Assembly (NCBI GenBank): GCA_040905565.1 | Contig: JBBDRF010000059.1 | Span: forward strand, 12,871-76,870 | Length of the DNA stretch: 64,000 bases | Source: Phycisphaeraceae bacterium | GTDB lineage: Bacteria > Planctomycetota > Phycisphaerae > Phycisphaerales > Zrk34 | Direction of reading: 5' to 3' | In this document: one piece after another, positions 58,201-64,000 of the stretch | Layout of the letters: each line of letters starts with the position of its first letter | How positions within the stretch are numbered: the first letter of the stretch is position 1 | Notes under the pieces: generated by a model | The model's database searches: none | Seen by the model: the letters and a program-made list of their open reading frames with translations, nothing else | Told to the model about the DNA's origin: nothing | Position numbers and translations under genes: made by a program

Positions 58201-59654
58201 TGTCCGTTACAGTTATGATCCCCACCGCCCTCCGCGCCTATGCAGACGGGACCGATACCGTCGAAATGGAAGGCAGCAATGTCGGGCAGGTGCTCGACCA
58301 GCTCGCGGAAAACTACCCCAAGCTCCGCCCGCACCTGTTCAGCGATAACGGCGAGCTTCGCAACTTCGTCAACGTCTTCGTCAACGAAGAGAATATCCGC
58401 GATCAACAGCAGCGCGATACCAAAATCAAAGACGGTGACGAACTCGCCATCGTCCCCGCTGTCGCCGGCGGCGCGCCTACCGACACCACCGAAGCGTCGC
58501 TTTCCAACGAGGAAGTGCAGCGCTACAGCCGGCACCTGATCCTCCCCGAAGTGGGCATGACCGGGCAGAAGAAGCTTAAAGGTGCGAGCATCCTGCTCAT
58601 CGGCACCGGCGGGCTCGGTGCGCCGCTGGGCATGTACCTCGCCGCGGCGGGTATCGGTCGGCTCGGCCTTGTGGACTTTGACGTGGTCGACCACTCGAAC
58701 CTTCACCGTCAGGTCATTCACGGCACCGCGAGCGTCGGCAAGCCCAAGATCGTTAGCGCCAAAGAACGCATCAACGACATCAACCCCAACGTGAAGCTCG
58801 ACATGTTCGAAGAGCCCTTCACGTCCGCCAATGCGGCCGGCATCGCCGACAATTACGACATCATTATCGACGGCACCGACAACTTCCCGACCCGCTATCT
58901 CGCGAACGACATCAGCGTGCTTCAGGGCAAGCCGAACGTTTACGGGGCCATCTTCCGGTTCGACGGCCAGGCTTCCGTGTTCAACTACGACGGCGGCCCA
59001 TGCTACCGTTGCCTCTACCCCGAGCCGCCGGATCCCGGGCTGGTGCCCAGCTGTGCGGAAGGCGGCGTGCTCGGCGTGCTGCCGGGTATCGTCGGGCTGA
59101 TTCAGGCGACCGAAGCGATCAAGATCATCCTTGGCAAGGGCGACACGCTCAGCGGCCGACTGCTGATGTTCGACGCACTGGCCATGAAGTTCCGTGAAAT
59201 GAAAATCCGCCGCGACCCGGCCTGCCCGATCTGCGGCGACAACCCGACGATCAAAGAGCTGATCGACTATCAGGAATTCTGTGGCATGCCGCAGGAAGAA
59301 AAGAGCGTCGAGAAGGAGGCCGCCTTGGCGAAGCAATCCGACTGGGACATCACGCCGCAGGATCTTAAGAAGCTGAAGGACGCGAACGAGGAGTTCATTC
59401 TTGTCGACGTCCGCGAGCCTCACGAGTTTGAGATTTGCCACCTCGATGGCAAGCTCATCCCCCTCGGTCAGCTCAATCAGCACCTTGATGAACTGCCCAA
59501 GGACGCGCACATCGTGGTCCACTGCCGCTCGGGCGGCCGGTCCGCCAAAGCCGTGACCGCCATGCGGAACGCGGGCTATGAGAACACGTGGAACGTCGCC
59601 GGCGGCATCCTCGCCTGGGCCGACCACGTCGATCCGAGCGTGCCGAAGTACTGA
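58200..59654 (+). CDS. Fusion of CysO/MoaD-like ubiquitin-like sulfur carrier, MoeB/E1 adenylyltransferase and rhodanese (MoeZ-like)
   Basis: Residues 1-91 end IVPAVAGG; then RYSRHLIL, GTGGLG, CYRC...CPIC zinc site; C-terminal VHCRSGGRS. Confidence 0.92.
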   Translation: MSVTVMIPTALRAYADGTDTVEMEGSNVGQVLDQLAENYPKLRPHLFSDNGELRNFVNVFVNEENIRDQQQRDTKIKDGDELAIVPAVAGGAPTDTTEASLSNEEVQRYSRHLILPEVGMTGQKKLKGASILLIGTGGLGAPLGMYLAAAGIGRLGLVDFDVVDHSNLHRQVIHGTASVGKPKIVSAKERINDINPNVKLDMFEEPFTSANAAGIADNYDIIIDGTDNFPTRYLANDISVLQGKPNVYGAIFRFDGQASVFNYDGGPCYRCLYPEPPDPGLVPSCAEGGVLGVLPGIVGLIQATEAIKIILGKGDTLSGRLLMFDALAMKFREMKIRRDPACPICGDNPTIKELIDYQEFCGMPQEEKSVEKEAALAKQSDWDITPQDLKKLKDANEEFILVDVREPHEFEICHLDGKLIPLGQLNQHLDELPKDAHIVVHCRSGGRSAKAVTAMRNAGYENTWNVAGGILAWADHVDPSVPKY

Positions 59655-59683
59655 ATCGTCCCGTGCGATTGAGAACTAAGATG

Positions 59684-59716
59684 ACCGGCTGGGCCTCGCG
59701 CTCAGCCGGTTTTTTA
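59684..59716 (+). terminator. Intrinsic terminator of the sulfur operon
   Basis: ACCGGCTG...CAGCCGGT stem followed by a T run. Confidence 0.78.
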
Positions 59717-59787
59717 TTGCGATCATGAATCGGTCGCGGTTGAGTGGGGCGTGATCTCCCTTTAGCGTGATGGTGTAACTCATCAGC

Positions 59788-60624
59788 ATGAAGGAGCGGA
59801 ACATGATGCGACGCATGGCAATGGCAGCGGTCGTGGCAGGGGGGATGCTGCTCGGCGGCGGCGGGCCAACGGCGGTGCACGCGCAGGCGGAGCCGGTGCT
59901 CGTGGAGACGTTTGAGGATGTGGAGCGGGACTCGCTCGGCGAGGTGCTGGCGCGGGATGACCGCATGACCATCGTGGACGGAGCGGGAGTGCAGGGTTCC
60001 AGCGCGCTTCGCGTGCAGTATGTCGGGTACGATCGTGGCAGCCAACGGCTGGTGCAGCGATATCCGCTCAACGAGACGCTGCACGAGGCGACGCTGAGCT
60101 ACGACGTGAAGCTGGACGAAGATTTCCAGTTCGTACGCGGTGGAAAAATGCACGGCTTAGGCCCCAAGCAACCGGTCACCGGGGGAAATCCGCGTCGCCC
60201 GGCACGCTGGAGCGCTCGGGTCAACTTTAACCGCACCGGCGGCGTCTCCACGTATCTCTACGATCAGAGCGAAGGCAGCGTTTACGGCCGCAGACGGAAC
60301 TCGGGCGAAGGCTTCACCCTCGAGCGGGGCAGGTATTATGCCGTTTCCATGCACATGAAGCTCAACGACGCAGGCGAGGCCAACGGCTTCGCCCACATCT
60401 ACGTCGACGGAAAATTACGCGTCCGCCATGACAATGTCGTGTTTCGTGGTACCGACGGTGAGCGCACCCTGATTCATCAGTTCCTGTTCAGCACCTTCCA
60501 CGGTGGCAGCAACCCCGACTGGGCGCCGCGCGATGAGGATGGCGAATACGCAACCGTCCATGCGTACTTCGACAACTTTGCGATACATCCGGGCAAGGCA
60601 GTGCGGGCAGAGCCGGGCGACTGA
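59788..60624 (+). CDS. Secreted polysaccharide lyase (PL14-like)
   Basis: Signal peptide; FQFVRGGKMHGL and FSTFHGG motifs resemble PL14. Confidence 0.72.
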   Translation: MKERNMMRRMAMAAVVAGGMLLGGGGPTAVHAQAEPVLVETFEDVERDSLGEVLARDDRMTIVDGAGVQGSSALRVQYVGYDRGSQRLVQRYPLNETLHEATLSYDVKLDEDFQFVRGGKMHGLGPKQPVTGGNPRRPARWSARVNFNRTGGVSTYLYDQSEGSVYGRRRNSGEGFTLERGRYYAVSMHMKLNDAGEANGFAHIYVDGKLRVRHDNVVFRGTDGERTLIHQFLFSTFHGGSNPDWAPRDEDGEYATVHAYFDNFAIHPGKAVRAEPGD

Positions 60625-60666
60625 ACGGCGGTGCGTTCTGTTCGGCCCGTGTCGATCGCCAATCCT

Positions 60667-62160
60667 CTACTGTTGATCCTTCCGCCCGAGCTCTGCGTCG
60701 TAGTCGGGATTGGGAGTGGGATACTTTGCGTCGACTGTCTCGCGCCAGGCCTTCAGGCGTTCATGCATGGCCTCGGCGCGTGACGGTTGATCGTCAACCA
60801 GATTCTTCTGCTCGCCGAGATCGTCGGCCAGGTTGTAGAGTTCAAGGCGGCCGTCTTCGAAGGATTCGATCAGCTTCCAGTCGCCGATGCGAACGGCGCT
60901 CGTGGGCGCTCCCCCTTGGTTGCCGTAGTGCGGATAGTGCCAGAAGATCGCCTCGCGGTCGATGGCGTCATCGCCCTTGAGCACGGGAACGATGCTCCGG
61001 CCGTCGACATGATCTTCAGGCCGTGCGGGCAGCCCCGCCATTTCGAGCATGGTCGGAAACAGATCGGTGCCGATCGTCGGAACGTTGGAAACGCCGCCGC
61101 CCTCGACGACGCCAGGCCAACGGATGATCAACGGCACGCGGAGGCCCCCCTCGTACATCCATCCTTTACCGGCCCGCAAAGGTGCGTTCGAAGTCGGCGA
61201 GCCCTCGCTGGTGCTGAGCCCGCCGTGATCGCTGCTGAAAATGATGATGGTGTCGTCGGCCAGTCCTTGCGCCTCCAGCGACGCAAGCACGGTGCCGACG
61301 GCGGCGTCCATCGTCTCGATCATCCCCGCATAGACGGCATGATCCTGCACGCGCCGATCCTGCCGCGGCGGCTCGGGCCTGAAACGCGGCCCTTCGATGC
61401 CCAGTTCTTCCCGTTTCGCGCGGTACTTCTCGCGAAGTTCAGGCGTCGTCATCAACGGCGTGTGAACATCGTAGAACGAGAAGAACATCATGAAAGGTTG
61501 ATCTTCGGTCGATCGAATCAACTCCCCGGCGACCTCGGCCATCCGGTCAGCCAGATGATCGCCCGGCTGCGAGTCCAGGTTCGGCATGTCGAACGGATGA
61601 AAGTAGTTGCCCCGACCGTAAGGCCCGCCACGCACGGTACCCGCGACGTTCACATCGAACCCGTGATCGGTGGGCCCGTAGCCCTTTTCCGGATCACCGA
61701 CATGCCACTTTCCCAGAAAATAGGTCGCATAGCCGGCTTCGCTGAACGCGTCGGCGAAGGTGACGGTGCCATCGCGCAGCTCGGTTTCCTGCGGGGCAGG
61801 CATCATCATGTAATTACGCTGCGTGGAAAGGTTTCGCTTACTCTGCCGATCGTTCCCCCCGATCCAGTCGGTGATGCCGACCCGCGGCGGGGCCTGACCT
61901 GTCAGCAGGGCGGCGCGAGCAGGACTGCAAACCGGTGAACTCGAATAAGCATCGGTGAAAAGCATCCCCTCTTCCGCAAGACGATCAAGGTGAGGCGTTT
62001 CATAGAACCCACTGCCGTAAACGCTCAGATCCTTCCAACCCAGATCGTCAGCATAGAACACGATGACATTCGGCTGCGTCTTCGGTTCATCCGCATGGCT
62101 GAGCGTCGCACTGATGAGGACCATGCATAAAATCAAAAGCAGGGAACGCAAGTTGTCCAT
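60667..62160 (-). CDS. Secreted Cys-type sulfatase
   Basis: PNVIVFYADDLG, CSPARAALLTG, GKWH, SDHG, YEGGLRVP. Confidence 0.95.
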   Translation of the reverse strand: MDNLRSLLLILCMVLISATLSHADEPKTQPNVIVFYADDLGWKDLSVYGSGFYETPHLDRLAEEGMLFTDAYSSSPVCSPARAALLTGQAPPRVGITDWIGGNDRQSKRNLSTQRNYMMMPAPQETELRDGTVTFADAFSEAGYATYFLGKWHVGDPEKGYGPTDHGFDVNVAGTVRGGPYGRGNYFHPFDMPNLDSQPGDHLADRMAEVAGELIRSTEDQPFMMFFSFYDVHTPLMTTPELREKYRAKREELGIEGPRFRPEPPRQDRRVQDHAVYAGMIETMDAAVGTVLASLEAQGLADDTIIIFSSDHGGLSTSEGSPTSNAPLRAGKGWMYEGGLRVPLIIRWPGVVEGGGVSNVPTIGTDLFPTMLEMAGLPARPEDHVDGRSIVPVLKGDDAIDREAIFWHYPHYGNQGGAPTSAVRIGDWKLIESFEDGRLELYNLADDLGEQKNLVDDQPSRAEAMHERLKAWRETVDAKYPTPNPDYDAELGRKDQQ

Positions 62161-62333
62161 TATTGTCTCCCGTTAGTAGAAGCGTTGCCTCATGACCGAG
62201 GTCAAGCTGCAACAATGGGCATCGTATCATAAGAGATACGGCACCCGAAAAGAACTTTATAGACACCTGCGATCGGCACTGTTAAATTCAGAATAGACAC
62301 GCCGATTACCGTCCGTACTTCTGGAGGCTTTCG

Positions 62334-63770
62334 ATGATCACACCCCTGCGTCACGTTCTTGCGCTCGTGCTTGTGTTACAGCTGACCGCCGTTGCCGCGG
62401 CCGATCTGACCCTTCCCGCCCTGTTCGGCGACGGCATGGTCCTTCAGCGAAACCGTGCGGTTGCCGTCTGGGGCACCGCCGACGCGGATCAGCAGATTAC
62501 GGTCACCTTCGGCGATCAGAAGCACACGACCACCGCCGATGCGTCCAACCGCTGGCGCGTCATGCTCGACGCGATGCCTGCCTCGGCTGAGGGGCGCACG
62601 CTAACTATCACAGGCGATGGCGCCACGATCGAACACGAGGATGTGCTCGTCGGCGAAGTGTGGATCGGGTCGGGTCAGTCGAACATGGAATGGCCCATGC
62701 ACCGTAGCGATGCCGAGGCTGAGATCGCCGCCGCGGGCGATCCGCACCTTCGGCTTTTCACGGTCAAGCGTGCTGTCGCCCACGAGCCACGCACTGATGT
62801 CGAAGGCAGTTGGCAGGAGACCTCACCCCAGAGCGTGCGGAACTTCTCGGCGGTCGGCTACTTCTTCGCGCTGAAGCTTCGCGAGGAACTCGATGTACCC
62901 GTCGGCATGGTCATCTCCGCATGGGGCGGCACGCCCGCCGAGGCCTGGGCACCGCGCGATCGTCTCGAAGCAGAGCCCCGCCTTGCGCCGCTGCTTACCC
63001 GGTGGGATCGGCAGGTTGAGAACAACGCAAACGCTGCGAATCATAACCATCGCCCAGCGAACCTGTACAACGCCATGATCGCGCCGCTGACGCCCATGAC
63101 CTTCCGCGGCGCCATCTGGTATCAGGGTGAGAGCAACGTCGGCCGCGCGCATCAGTACCGCACGATCTTCCCGCTCATGATCGAGTCGTGGCGCGAACGC
63201 TTCGCTCAAGGGGATTTCCCCTTTTACTATGCCCAGATCGCGCCGTTCAATTACAACTCGAATCCCGCGTTCGCAGCCGAGCTTTGGGAAGCGCAGCTGC
63301 TGACGATGCGGATGCTGCCGAACACCGGCATGGCGGTCCTCACCGACATCGGCGACGTAAGCGACATCCATCCGACGAACAAGGTCGACGTGGGCGATCG
63401 TCTTGCAGCCTGGGCTCTGGCGAAGACATACAACTTGGACGTGCCCTACAGCGGGCCGGTGTACACGCACCAGGCGATCGAGGACGGTGCGATTCGGCTG
63501 CACTTCGATCACGCTCAGGGGATGAAGTCAGCCGACGGCGAGCCGCTTTCGCACTTCACGATCGCCGGTGCGGATGGCGAGTTTCATGCCGCGACCGCCG
63601 AGGTCGATGGTGCGACGGTGGTGGTGCGTTCAGGCAGCGTGCCGCATCCGATCGCGGTCCGTTTCGCCTGGCACGACTCGGCCGAGCCGAACTTCGTGAA
63701 CGCGTCGGGGTTGCCCGCGTCGCCGTTCCGCACGGACAGCTTCCCACTGCTCACCCGCGATTCACACTAA
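62334..63770 (+). CDS. Sialate O-acetylesterase (SASA) family esterase, secreted
   Basis: MVLQR, GEVWIGSGQSNMEW, WYQGESN, DIHP.NK, GLPASPFRTD. Confidence 0.9.
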   Translation: MITPLRHVLALVLVLQLTAVAAADLTLPALFGDGMVLQRNRAVAVWGTADADQQITVTFGDQKHTTTADASNRWRVMLDAMPASAEGRTLTITGDGATIEHEDVLVGEVWIGSGQSNMEWPMHRSDAEAEIAAAGDPHLRLFTVKRAVAHEPRTDVEGSWQETSPQSVRNFSAVGYFFALKLREELDVPVGMVISAWGGTPAEAWAPRDRLEAEPRLAPLLTRWDRQVENNANAANHNHRPANLYNAMIAPLTPMTFRGAIWYQGESNVGRAHQYRTIFPLMIESWRERFAQGDFPFYYAQIAPFNYNSNPAFAAELWEAQLLTMRMLPNTGMAVLTDIGDVSDIHPTNKVDVGDRLAAWALAKTYNLDVPYSGPVYTHQAIEDGAIRLHFDHAQGMKSADGEPLSHFTIAGADGEFHAATAEVDGATVVVRSGSVPHPIAVRFAWHDSAEPNFVNASGLPASPFRTDSFPLLTRDSH

Positions 63771-63811
63771 CGGCCGCAAACGTCGCCTTGCCCCCGAGGG
63801 GCTCACGCTAC

Positions 63812-64000
63812 TCACTCCGGCAACTCGCACAGCTCAATCACGTGACCGTCGGGGTCGGTGATGAAGATTTGCGTCGCGCCGTCGGGGCGTGGCTTGGGGC
63901 CGACCATGTCGACCTGGTGATCACGCAAAACGGCGGCGGCGTGCTGGGCGTCGGTGATGCGGAGCGCGAAGTGCGTGCCGCGCTGCTGCGAATGCACCGG
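63812..64000 (-). CDS. VOC/glyoxalase family protein, 5'-partial
   Basis: HFALR...QIFITDPDGHVIEL; frame is open to the window edge. Confidence 0.8.
   Translation of the reverse strand, partial: PVHSQQRGTHFALRITDAQHAAAVLRDHQVDMVGPKPRPDGATQIFITDPDGHVIELCELPE

Noticed and set aside
57754..59654. JAB + E1 + ubiquitin-like genes as an antiphage or protein-conjugation system
   Set aside because: No E2 or CD-NTase; the rhodanese domain, cysteine synthase and sulfite reductase point to sulfur transfer.

Overview
High-GC bacterial chromosomal DNA. The gene repertoire (several PQQ-like beta-propellers, sulfatase, SASA esterase, RHS cassette, stand-alone nuoG/fliS/gyrB) suggests Planctomycetota, possibly Phycisphaerae; this is an inference. 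About 45 CDS; I recognised no rRNA, tRNA, CRISPR array or transposase. The main feature is a ~26 kb co-oriented cluster (17.6-43.4 kb) that looks like an uncharacterised aromatic-compound pathway. It encodes a divergent MarR regulator, three exported beta-propellers, a DUF3311+SSS importer, an EhpF/GriC-like adenylating enzyme, a GriD/EhpG-like reductase, an Fe-ADH, a HemN-like radical SAM enzyme, a chorismate-lyase-like protein, a flavin halogenase-like enzyme, a GT4, a thioesterase, a PaaK-like ligase and an ABC exporter. Its two halves are each preceded by a related 22-bp palindromic box. Inside it, a four-helix-bundle gene is framed by inverted heptamer arrays, and removing that cassette would rebuild an SD-ATG junction for the next gene. 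Also present: an orphan RHS toxin/immunity pair, three kinds of intergenic palindromic elements, gyrB, panC, a SWIM-SNF2 helicase, a sulfur-assimilation operon with a CysO-like ubiquitin domain fused to a MoeZ-type E1 next to a JAB protease, and polysaccharide-degrading enzymes. All assignments come from motif recognition by eye; no searches were run.
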